A stretch of 64,000 bases of DNA from a bacterium (GTDB lineage: Bacteria; UBA10199; JADFYH01): the NCBI GenBank assembly GCA_046346885.1, contig JAXMHI010000008.1:52049-116048 (forward strand), in the 5' to 3' direction. Positions 30,167 through 37,745 of the stretch are shown piece after piece. The notes beneath the pieces are model-generated. The model did not search any database and was not told the DNA's origin. It saw only the letters and a list, made by a program, of their open reading frames with translations. A program made the position numbers and the translations under genes. Numbering within the stretch: position 1 is the first letter of the stretch; each line of letters opens with the position of its first letter.

Positions 30167-30178
30167 TGATATTTAATT
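30167..30178. promoter_or_regulatory. AT-rich motif TGATATTTAATT, also at 29981-29992 and similar to the 25354-25375 palindrome
   Basis: Two exact copies lie upstream of the second small repeat-protein gene, within a 320-bp AT-rich region; a similar TAATATTATTTAGTT lies upstream of the first. Confidence 0.35.
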
Positions 30179-30258
30179 GAAATCTAAAAAACGCCCCCTA
30201 TGGCATAAGATCTGCTTCATTATCAACGGGTTGGTGATCATAAAAGGAGGATAGATTC

Positions 30259-30711
30259 ATGAGAAAAGGATTTTCGCTTTTTATTTTGGGTGCGGTCTTA
30301 TTGGCTTTCCAATCAGCGGGGTTTACGGAGGAAGTGGCCCACGATATGCAATTTTGCAGTCAGAAGAACGTGGATGAGCTCACCGTTAACGAATTGAAAG
30401 ACTGCGTCACTCACTTCAAAAAAACCATTAGCGCGAAAAACGGAAACATCTTGGAGATGGCTCCCCAAACCTTGACGGAAATGCCGCCTCAAACCTTGAC
30501 GGCGATGCCGCCGCAAACCGTCAATGCGATGCCGCCGCAGACGGTGAATGCCATGCCCCCGCAAACAATCAACGGAATGGCGCCGCAGACGATCACGGCG
30601 ACTCCCGTTTTCATGGCGCCTCAAACGATCAACGCGATGCCTCCCCAGACGATCAACGGGGTGAACTCGGTGATCGAGAAAAAAGGCATGGCCCCCCAAA
30701 CGCTGCGCTAA
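30259..30711 (+). CDS. Small secreted tandem-repeat protein (MPPQTxxA octapeptide repeats)
   Basis: Signal peptide MRKGFSLFILGAVLLAFQSAGF. About 9 tandem repeats of MPPQT(L/V/I)(T/N)(A/G). Strong SD AAAAGGAGGA. Confidence 0.65.
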   Translation: MRKGFSLFILGAVLLAFQSAGFTEEVAHDMQFCSQKNVDELTVNELKDCVTHFKKTISAKNGNILEMAPQTLTEMPPQTLTAMPPQTVNAMPPQTVNAMPPQTINGMAPQTITATPVFMAPQTINAMPPQTINGVNSVIEKKGMAPQTLR

Positions 30712-30736
30712 GAATAAAAAAGGAATCGTGGAAGAA

Positions 30737-30766
30737 AAGGCCCCCTTGTGGGGCCTTTTTTATTTT
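30737..30766. terminator. Bidirectional intrinsic terminator between the repeat-protein gene and corA
   Basis: GGCCCCC-ttgt-GGGGGCC perfect hairpin followed by TTTTTTATTTTT. Confidence 0.7.
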
Positions 30767-30776
30767 TGACGGAAAG

Positions 30777-31769
30777 CTAAAGCCACTTCTTTTTCTTGAA
30801 AAAGAAAATCATGCCTCCCGCCACCCCGATCATGATGAACCAGAGGAGATAATAAAAACCCTTCCAGTGGAATTCGGGCATGTAGTCGAAGTTCATGCCG
30901 TAGACGCCCACGATGAAGGTTAAGGGAAGGAAGATCGTGGCGGCGATGGTCAAGCGCTGCATGACGAAATTCAGATTGTTGGAAGACTCAGTCATCTTGA
31001 TGGAAAGCATGGCGGCATAAACGTCGAAGACCGACGCGGCGTGTTCCTTCAAACTTTCGAGTTCCTGCAGGAGCACCTGCATGTCGTCGAGCACATTCTT
31101 GAAGTAGGGCCGCGCCTCCGCGGAGATGCAAGGCAGGCTCTTTTCGTAGAGCTGCTTGATCACGTCGCGCTCGGGCAAGAGGTTTTTGCGCATGGTGGTG
31201 ACGAGCTTCTTGAATTGCAGAATTTGGTCGAGAATTTTCTCATGGGCACCTTTCAATACCTGGTGCTCGATTTCCTCGAGCATTTCCTGCCACTGTTCGA
31301 TGACGGGTTCGTGGTCTTTTACGGCGAGGTCCAAAAGGTGGAAGAGGACGTAAGGTGTCCCCTTGCCGAGCGTTTCTTGCGGTTCTTCCCGCACCCGTTC
31401 CCTCGCGGTGCCGAACGTGCGCGCCAAGTGGGCCCGGTGGATCGTGACGATGAACTGTTCGGAGAAAAACACTTCGAATTCGCGTCGCTCGCACTCTTCC
31501 CGATCGAAGTGGTAGAAGACCCGGTGCAACACGAGGAAAGCATAGGTCTCATAGAGGTTGATTTTCGGTACTCCCGCCATGCTCTTCACGTCTTCGACGG
31601 CCAGGGGGTGGAAACGGAAGACGGAATCCAGGATTTCCAATTCCGAGTCGGTGGGTTCGTCCAAGTCCACCCACACGCGGCGACGGTCGTTCAACGCTTC
31701 TTCGAGAAGTTTCAGGTCGTGGGTTTCGACGAGTTGTCCCGTTTCGGAAAAAAGCAGGATATGCAGCAT
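30777..31769 (-). CDS. corA: Magnesium/cobalt transporter CorA
   Basis: C-terminal two TM helices with the YGMNF (GMN) motif; 330 aa. Confidence 0.85.
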   Translation of the reverse strand: MLHILLFSETGQLVETHDLKLLEEALNDRRRVWVDLDEPTDSELEILDSVFRFHPLAVEDVKSMAGVPKINLYETYAFLVLHRVFYHFDREECERREFEVFFSEQFIVTIHRAHLARTFGTARERVREEPQETLGKGTPYVLFHLLDLAVKDHEPVIEQWQEMLEEIEHQVLKGAHEKILDQILQFKKLVTTMRKNLLPERDVIKQLYEKSLPCISAEARPYFKNVLDDMQVLLQELESLKEHAASVFDVYAAMLSIKMTESSNNLNFVMQRLTIAATIFLPLTFIVGVYGMNFDYMPEFHWKGFYYLLWFIMIGVAGGMIFFFKKKKWL

Positions 31770-31828
31770 GCGTTTTCGCTCCCTTTACGGGGCACTATAG
31801 CATGCCGGTTTAAAATCCCTCATTCATT

Positions 31829-34285
31829 TTATGGAAGGCGTCCCAGCTCGGTTGGCAAGAGTGATTCATGTCCCTTCCTTCGCAAGGCACGGCGAAGAAC
31901 GGCCCAGCCGGGATATGAATCTTGGAGGAGGAAGAGGGATTCCCAGTAAGGGTGAATTTCCAAGAAGAAGTCTTTCCCAAGCTCGCTTCCGTCTTCACCG
32001 GTCAAGGCGAGCAGTTCCCAAGAGTAGCCGGCTTGAGAAAGTTCCCGCTCCTTTTCCGGCGAGAGGGTAATCCTTCGTTGGGCAAGGTAGGCTCGGAAAG
32101 AGTTTTTTAATTCTTCGCCTATTTCGGGAAGGACGTAGTCGAATCCCATCTTGGGCCAGAAAGCCCCCCCTTGTTTTCCAACGGGCACTTCATAGTTGGC
32201 GATTCCCATTCTTTTGAGGAAGAGAAGTTCGTTGGCCACGATGACGCCGCCGATGCCTTGTTGCTTGAATTCCGGCCGCACGTCCAATCCTCTGCCCTTG
32301 GCATAGGGACGGAAATTTTTTTGGGGGGAAAAATGGATTTCGCGATGGAAATCGGCCACGTCTCTGCCTGTTTCTTCCGTCACGACCAGGCCCGAGAAAG
32401 AGACTCGGTCGCTGAAGGTGTTGAAGGAGAGTCTTCCGATTTTATAACCGGAGGGAAGGCGGTAAAAAAGGGCGAGAGCTTCTTCTACGGAGGGGGCCGA
32501 AAGGGGAAAGGCGCGTTGCAGACGCGCGAGAGGGGTTGTGCTTCTTTCCGTGACCTTCTTGTGATTGATGACGAGCGTGCCGCGGCGTTCCTCCGCGATT
32601 CTTAGGGAGCTCGCGATCTCCTCCGGGAAAGGGTAGGGCGCTTCCGTGGAATCGAGCGCCTCCCGAAGCAATCTCCAACCCGGATATCCCGCGTCCAAAT
32701 CGAAACTGGTGAGCCACGAGCAGGGTTCATAACGGCTTAAAAATTCGCGGCCCACCTCGCGGTTGTTGCGCATCTTGAAGTGCGCCAACTCCCAACTGTG
32801 TTCGATGAGTGTAAGCCTCGCGTCTTCCCGGGGGGAAAGGGAGATGCGTTGTTCGGCCAGGTATTCACGGAATTGCATGAGTTTCTTTTCCCGCGTTGCT
32901 GCATCCACGAAATCGAAGCCGCGTGTGGCCCAGAAGTGGCCGCCGTTTCTCCCCGCAGGGACGAAGAACGTGGAAACCCCGAGCTCCCGGAAGAAGAGGA
33001 GGTCCGAAAGGGTGAGATGAGTTCCCAAACCCTTGCCGCGCTCATGTTCTCCGAATACCTCCAGGCCGTCCCCCATCGCGACGAGTAGCGGCCGGGTGGC
33101 ATCCACGTTCATTTGGATGACGCGGCGATAGGTGGCCTTGCCGAGTCCGTTCTCGCCCAAGAAATCCCCTTCAATTTTCAAAGCTCCGTTGCTCATTTCT
33201 TGGAAACTGATGTGGCGGACGGGAAAACGGGGATGCGTATGGGTGAGCCATGAAAGAATTTTTTCCAAGTCGATTCTTCTGCCCGCCCTTCGCGATAAGA
33301 CGCGTTGCAAGGGGCCTAAATCGCCTTCGAGAAGCCGGCCGTTTACCACCAGCCGCGTGCCGGGCGGGAGAGAGGCTGTCGGGGGATTCGGGAGACGCTC
33401 GACCGGAGGTAGGGGCTCTAAGCGCGAGGAGCTTTTACCCGTTTCTCCCTCCGAGGGACGAATCATAATGGCGGCCAGGGGGCGGGAAAGCGTTTCCGAT
33501 AAAGACGCGGGTTCTATCGCTGCGTGTGGAACTCCTTCCACAGCGGCTTCCATCCGCCAAGCATTTTGGAAGTGGCGCGTGCTGGGAGGGGTTTCGTTTG
33601 CGGCGATGGAAAGATCCAATCCCCGTTCGAAAGCGGCCAGACGGGGCGACGCCATGTGTAACAAGCTCATCCCCGCGCCGAGCTGTAGATTGGTAATCTC
33701 CGCTTCTAGGAATTGTGAGGCAAGGCTCCCCTCGGGACGAGGCGTGAATCCCAACGCGGCGGAAACCTGATGCCCTCCCACCATCCCCAAATCCGACATC
33801 ACGTGTTGCAAAACAACATTCTGCTCGCTCCCCAAATGGCCGAAGCTCTTCAGCATGCCGAAGGTGACGAGGGAATGAGACAAACCCTCGCTCCATCCCC
33901 CTCTCCCGCTCCACCTCCACAAGTTGGCGTTCGATCGATCTCCCGAGGCATACGCCAAGAAACGGCTCGATCCTTCGAAAGCCGTCACTTCCACCCCAAG
34001 ACCGATGCCGTAAGAGGCCACTTGAAAGAGCGGTGCCGCCTGAGGCAGGCGCGAGGCCAAGGCCAAGGTGCCGATACGGCCGAAGCGGTAGAACAAAGAA
34101 CCCGTCGCCATCGCCGCCAAAGACCGCCAATTCGTCGCCTCTTCCGTGAAACGACTCACAAGACCGTCCACCTGCGCTTGAGCGGCGCTTAGGGGCCGGG
34201 TGCGTTCGTTTTCCAGGGACGAAGCGGTAATGCGATCCAAAACCGAGGGGCTTGAGGATCCGTCGAAAGTAAATGAAAAAGTCAT
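31829..34285 (-). CDS. Paralog C: conserved N-module fused to two tandem GNAT-like acyltransferase domains
   Basis: 818 aa. N-module ~98% identical to paralog B. Two repeats containing GNAT motif A-like ERGKGLGTHL / KQQGIGGVIV and motif B-like GGHFWATRGFDFV / GGAFWPKMGFDYV. Confidence 0.75.
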   Translation of the reverse strand: MTFSFTFDGSSSPSVLDRITASSLENERTRPLSAAQAQVDGLVSRFTEEATNWRSLAAMATGSLFYRFGRIGTLALASRLPQAAPLFQVASYGIGLGVEVTAFEGSSRFLAYASGDRSNANLWRWSGRGGWSEGLSHSLVTFGMLKSFGHLGSEQNVVLQHVMSDLGMVGGHQVSAALGFTPRPEGSLASQFLEAEITNLQLGAGMSLLHMASPRLAAFERGLDLSIAANETPPSTRHFQNAWRMEAAVEGVPHAAIEPASLSETLSRPLAAIMIRPSEGETGKSSSRLEPLPPVERLPNPPTASLPPGTRLVVNGRLLEGDLGPLQRVLSRRAGRRIDLEKILSWLTHTHPRFPVRHISFQEMSNGALKIEGDFLGENGLGKATYRRVIQMNVDATRPLLVAMGDGLEVFGEHERGKGLGTHLTLSDLLFFRELGVSTFFVPAGRNGGHFWATRGFDFVDAATREKKLMQFREYLAEQRISLSPREDARLTLIEHSWELAHFKMRNNREVGREFLSRYEPCSWLTSFDLDAGYPGWRLLREALDSTEAPYPFPEEIASSLRIAEERRGTLVINHKKVTERSTTPLARLQRAFPLSAPSVEEALALFYRLPSGYKIGRLSFNTFSDRVSFSGLVVTEETGRDVADFHREIHFSPQKNFRPYAKGRGLDVRPEFKQQGIGGVIVANELLFLKRMGIANYEVPVGKQGGAFWPKMGFDYVLPEIGEELKNSFRAYLAQRRITLSPEKERELSQAGYSWELLALTGEDGSELGKDFFLEIHPYWESLFLLQDSYPGWAVLRRALRRKGHESLLPTELGRLP
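33600..34190. repeat. Right arm of the ~590-bp inverted repeat (N-module coding DNA of paralog C)
   Basis: See the left arm at 26178-26770. Confidence 0.75.
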
Positions 34286-34342
34286 AAATTCCCGTTACTT
34301 ATCCTGCAAGGATTCTTATCGAACGGGGGCTTGAAGAGTTGT

Positions 34343-35272
34343 CTATTCGGGACGAACTTCGAATTCGTTGGAGAGGATCGAATCGGGCATCTTGGTCCAC
34401 TGCTTTTCGCAGAAAGTGACGGAGATTCGGTAGCGGCCGGGGGCGAGGGATTTTTTTGGCTTGAAGGAAAGGTTCTTGATTTGTCGCCTTTCCCCCAATT
34501 TGACGCAGGTTTCCTGAGAAGATTTCTTATCGGCGAAGGCGATTTCCCCCTCGTCGATTTTTTTCCATTGGTCTTTTTCTTGTTTTTCCAAACTCATGGC
34601 GGAAGGAACGCCGATGGGGAAATCGGAAGCGCGGGCGAAGTCGAAATCGACGGCTTCTCCCGGTGAATAAATATCCTTCTTGGTGAGCAGGATGATCTTT
34701 TCGTTTTCTTGGGGTTCCTTTTTCTCGGTGCCGCTCGTCTTCTCATCCCACCAGCGCTTGGGGCCCGTGTCGAGATGGATGTGCCGCCCGTGATAATAGC
34801 CGACGCCGCAGCAAGGGAGCTCCATCGCGTAATCCTTCACTTTCGTGATCTCCACGCCTTCCAAGCGGATATCCGCCGCCGACGCCTCGATGTGCATGCT
34901 CGATTGGGCGGCCATTTTGCCTTGGTTTCGCAGGCCCTGGTTCACGCTCGAACTGCGGAAGCCGGAAAGGATCTGGATTTGAGCTCCGTTGAAGTGGTCT
35001 TGCAGGTAGGAAAGAAGCTCCAGAAAACGCAGAGACATGCGGTTGACGGGGTCGTCATAAGAGCTTCCGTAAACTTGATTGATCTTCTTTAAAGCGGTGA
35101 CGTCGTAATCCTTCTCGCCCTTCCGGTAGCGGATCTTTACGCTGCCGCCCTTGTTCACGTTCTGCAGGTTGATCTCTCCCGACCCCATGATGAAAAAATC
35201 CGGATGGGCGAAGACACCTGAAGGAAGCAGGAGAAGGGCGAACGAGACGAGAAGGGGAAGTCGTTTTCTCAT
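34343..35272 (-). CDS. Secreted peptidase M15-like protein (DUF882/YcbK/MepK-type murein endopeptidase)
   Basis: Signal peptide; motifs SGFRSSSVN, SMHIEASAADIR and GRHIHLD match the zinc-binding H/D residues of the M15/DUF882 family. Confidence 0.65.
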   Translation of the reverse strand: MRKRLPLLVSFALLLLPSGVFAHPDFFIMGSGEINLQNVNKGGSVKIRYRKGEKDYDVTALKKINQVYGSSYDDPVNRMSLRFLELLSYLQDHFNGAQIQILSGFRSSSVNQGLRNQGKMAAQSSMHIEASAADIRLEGVEITKVKDYAMELPCCGVGYYHGRHIHLDTGPKRWWDEKTSGTEKKEPQENEKIILLTKKDIYSPGEAVDFDFARASDFPIGVPSAMSLEKQEKDQWKKIDEGEIAFADKKSSQETCVKLGERRQIKNLSFKPKKSLAPGRYRISVTFCEKQWTKMPDSILSNEFEVRPE

Positions 35273-35278
35273 AGAGAA

Positions 35279-35902
35279 TTATTTGATTTCCGAAAATGAC
35301 TTGAGGATTCGAAGGCCCACCTCTTGGCTTTTTTCTGGGTGGAACTGGGTGGCGTGAATATTGTCTTTCTGCAGGCTCGAGGCGAACTCCACTCCGTAAT
35401 CGGTGGTGGTCGCGATCACCTTGGGGTCTTTCGGAACGACGTAGTACGAATGGACGAAATAAACGTAGCTTCCCTCCGAAACTCCCTTCAGCAGTGGGGA
35501 CGCTTTTTTCTTTTTGAGTTGGTTCCATCCGATCTGGGGAACTTGCAGCTTTTCCTCCGCATCCGGCTCAGCTTCCGGGAAACGGATCACCTTGCCGGGG
35601 ATCACGTTCAACCCCTCGTGCCTCCCGAACTCCTCGCTCTCGGTCATGAGCAGCTGCATCCCTAAGCAAATGCCCAAGAACGGCTTGCCCGAGCGGATCG
35701 ATTGAAGGAGGGGATCGACGAGTCCCAGCTCGGTTAAATTCTTCATGCAATCCTTGAAAGCGCCTACCCCGGGCAGAACGATCTTAGAAGCCGCCGCGAT
35801 TTTCTTGGGGGCCCGGGTGACCTCCGCTTTTACGTCCAAGTGTTCGAAGGCTTTGTGGACGCTCCTTAAATTTCCCATTCCGTAATCGATGATGGCGATC
35901 AT
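35279..35902 (-). CDS. hisH: Imidazole glycerol phosphate synthase, glutamine amidotransferase subunit
   Basis: MIAIIDYGMGNLRSV...GICLGMQLL...HPEKS is the class I GATase triad; 207 aa. Confidence 0.9.
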   Translation of the reverse strand: MIAIIDYGMGNLRSVHKAFEHLDVKAEVTRAPKKIAAASKIVLPGVGAFKDCMKNLTELGLVDPLLQSIRSGKPFLGICLGMQLLMTESEEFGRHEGLNVIPGKVIRFPEAEPDAEEKLQVPQIGWNQLKKKKASPLLKGVSEGSYVYFVHSYYVVPKDPKVIATTTDYGVEFASSLQKDNIHATQFHPEKSQEVGLRILKSFSEIK

Positions 35903-35905
35903 AAA

Positions 35906-36492
35906 CTACAAAGTCCCCTTGGTCGATTGCACGCCCTTAATCCTAGGGTCGATTTGCGTGGCCATGTCGCAGGCCTTGGCGAAAGCCTTGAAGATGGATT
36001 CCACGATGTGGTGCTTGTTTCTCCCATAATGCACCTGGATGTGCAGGTTGATCAAGGCCGCGTTGGTGAAGCCTTGGAAGAACTCGGGTACGAGCTCCGC
36101 GTCAAAGTTGCCGATGCGGCCTTTCTTGAGCAGGCTGCGGTAGATCATGCAGGGCCGTCCCGAAAAATCGAGGGCCACGGTGGTGAGCACCTCGTCCATG
36201 GGCAGTACGCAGAAACCGTAGCGACGGATGCCTTCCTTTTTCCCCAACGCTTCTTTGAAGGCCTGGCCCAAGGTGATGCCGATGTCTTCCACCGTGTGAT
36301 GAAAGTCGATGTGCACGTCGCCTTTGGCTTTTAAGTGGATGTCGAAGAGCCCGTGTTTGGTGAAGAGCTCCAGCATGTGGTTTAAGAAAGGGATGGGGGT
36401 GTCGATCTTGTATTTGCCCGAACCGTCGAGTTTCAGGTCGCAAGCGATCTGGGTTTCGGTGGTATTTCTAACGACTTTGGCGCTGCGTTTCA
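35906..36492 (-). CDS. hisB: Imidazoleglycerol-phosphate dehydratase
   Basis: [16 protein letters not shown]...[11 protein letters not shown]...[10 protein letters not shown]. Internal ATG chosen (the ORF track extends to 36607). The start coordinate is +/-1 nt because of a counting ambiguity in the printed sequence. Confidence 0.8.
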
Positions 36493-36557
36493 TAGGAGGC
36501 CGAAAGTAGGGGATTTGTCTGGGGATGTCAATTCGCTCGGACCGGCGAAGCCGGATC

Positions 36558-36594
36558 CTCGCTAAAGTCAAGGGGAGCACTCCGTAGCTCCCCC
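36558..36594. repeat. Copy 2 of the 37-nt repeated element with GGGGAGC-N8-GCTCCCC hairpin
   Basis: CTCGCTAAAGTCAAGGGGAGCACTCCGTAGCTCCCC; lies upstream of hisB on the minus strand, in the hisB/bioB divergent region. Confidence 0.6.
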
Positions 36595-36616
36595 TGACAA
36601 CCCCCATTGGTATGAA

Positions 36617-36650
36617 TTGTCAACCTTTTGCCAATTTTGAAGGTTGACAA
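36617..36650. promoter_or_regulatory. BirA operator (bioO) in the hisB-bioB divergent region
   Basis: TTGTCAACC-N16-GGTTGACAA has perfect 9-bp inverted arms matching the BirA-box pattern TTGT(A/T)AACC-N14-16-GGTT(A/T)ACAA; 58 nt upstream of bioB. Confidence 0.6.
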
Positions 36651-36707
36651 TCCCTCTATCCTTATGAAAACGTTGCCCGTTCTGAAAATTTACCGGGAGA
36701 ATGCCTT

Positions 36708-37745
36708 ATGTTTCCGACCGATTTAAAAGCTGAAATCCTTTTTCCCGACGGGGCGGGGGAAGAGATCATCCGTGCCGTCATCTACGCCGAAGAGGGGGAG
36801 TTTTTCCGCGCCGTCCTGCCGCTCGCGAACCGCCTTCGGGAGATGGCTTTTGAAAACGAGATCAGCTTCTGCTCCATCGTCAACGCCAAGAGCGGTGCCT
36901 GCGTGGAGACCTGTAATTTCTGCTCTCAATCGGCTTCGTTCAAGGGCGCTCAGGCGCCCCTTTATCCCTTGATGAGTTCCGACGAAATTTTAAAGAGCGC
37001 CAAAGAAGCCGAAGCCTTGGGGGGGACCGAGTTTTCCATCGTCACCAGCGGTCGTGGGATGACGAAACAGAAAGAGCTTGATGCGATGGTGGATGCCATC
37101 ACCCGCATCCGCGAACAAACGGACCTGGAAACCTGCGCTTCTTTAGGCCTCATGAAACGCGAAGATTTGCTCAAACTGAAAGAAGCCGGCATGCGCCACT
37201 ACCACCACAACATCGAGACGGCCCGCTCTTACTTTCCCAATATCGTCCAGAGCCATACGTGGGAGGAAGAGGTCGAGACGATCCGTACGGCAAAAGAGCT
37301 CGGTTTCGAGACCTGCTGCGGCGGCATCATGGGCATGGGGGAGAGCGCGGAGCAGCGGGTGGAGTTCGTCATGCAGCTGAAAGACATCGATCCTCATTCG
37401 ATCCCCATCAATTTTTTAAATCCCCGCCCGGGCACGCCGCTGGCGGACAAGCACGATCTGAATCCCCTCGATTGTCTGAAGATCATCGCCGCCTTGCGCC
37501 TCGCCATGCCCACCAAAGACATTTTCGTGTGCGGCGGCCGCGAGGTGAACCTGAAGGAATACCAAGATAAGATGTTCGAGGCCGGCGCCTCGGGCACCAT
37601 GCTCGGCAACTACCTCACCACGAAAGGCCGAGCCGCCGAGGAAGACCGCGCCATGATCGAGCGGTTGGGCATGAAAGTCGTCGCGCCCCACCGAAGGGCC
37701 AAGAAGTCGAAGGAAAGAAATGCGCTCGCTGAATCAAGAGATTGA
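36708..37745 (+). CDS. bioB: Biotin synthase
   Basis: Radical-SAM CxxxCxxC (CVETCNFC); YHHNIETA and CCGGIMGMGES match the BioB YNHNLDT/CSGGI motifs. Confidence 0.9.
   Translation: MFPTDLKAEILFPDGAGEEIIRAVIYAEEGEFFRAVLPLANRLREMAFENEISFCSIVNAKSGACVETCNFCSQSASFKGAQAPLYPLMSSDEILKSAKEAEALGGTEFSIVTSGRGMTKQKELDAMVDAITRIREQTDLETCASLGLMKREDLLKLKEAGMRHYHHNIETARSYFPNIVQSHTWEEEVETIRTAKELGFETCCGGIMGMGESAEQRVEFVMQLKDIDPHSIPINFLNPRPGTPLADKHDLNPLDCLKIIAALRLAMPTKDIFVCGGREVNLKEYQDKMFEAGASGTMLGNYLTTKGRAAEEDRAMIERLGMKVVAPHRRAKKSKERNALAESRD

Noticed and set aside
25508-30711. Tandem short repeats, considered as a possible CRISPR array
   Set aside because: The repeats are in-frame coding repeats (QNQGPQFMP and MPPQTxxA units of 24-39 nt) inside small ORFs with signal peptides. 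There are no spacer-like unique sequences of CRISPR dimensions and no cas genes.
36481-36545. Exact start coordinate of hisB
   Set aside because: My manual codon count across 36536-36545 disagrees by one nucleotide with the supplied ORF translation (…LRRSERID…). I kept the ORF-track frame and report the start as approximate.
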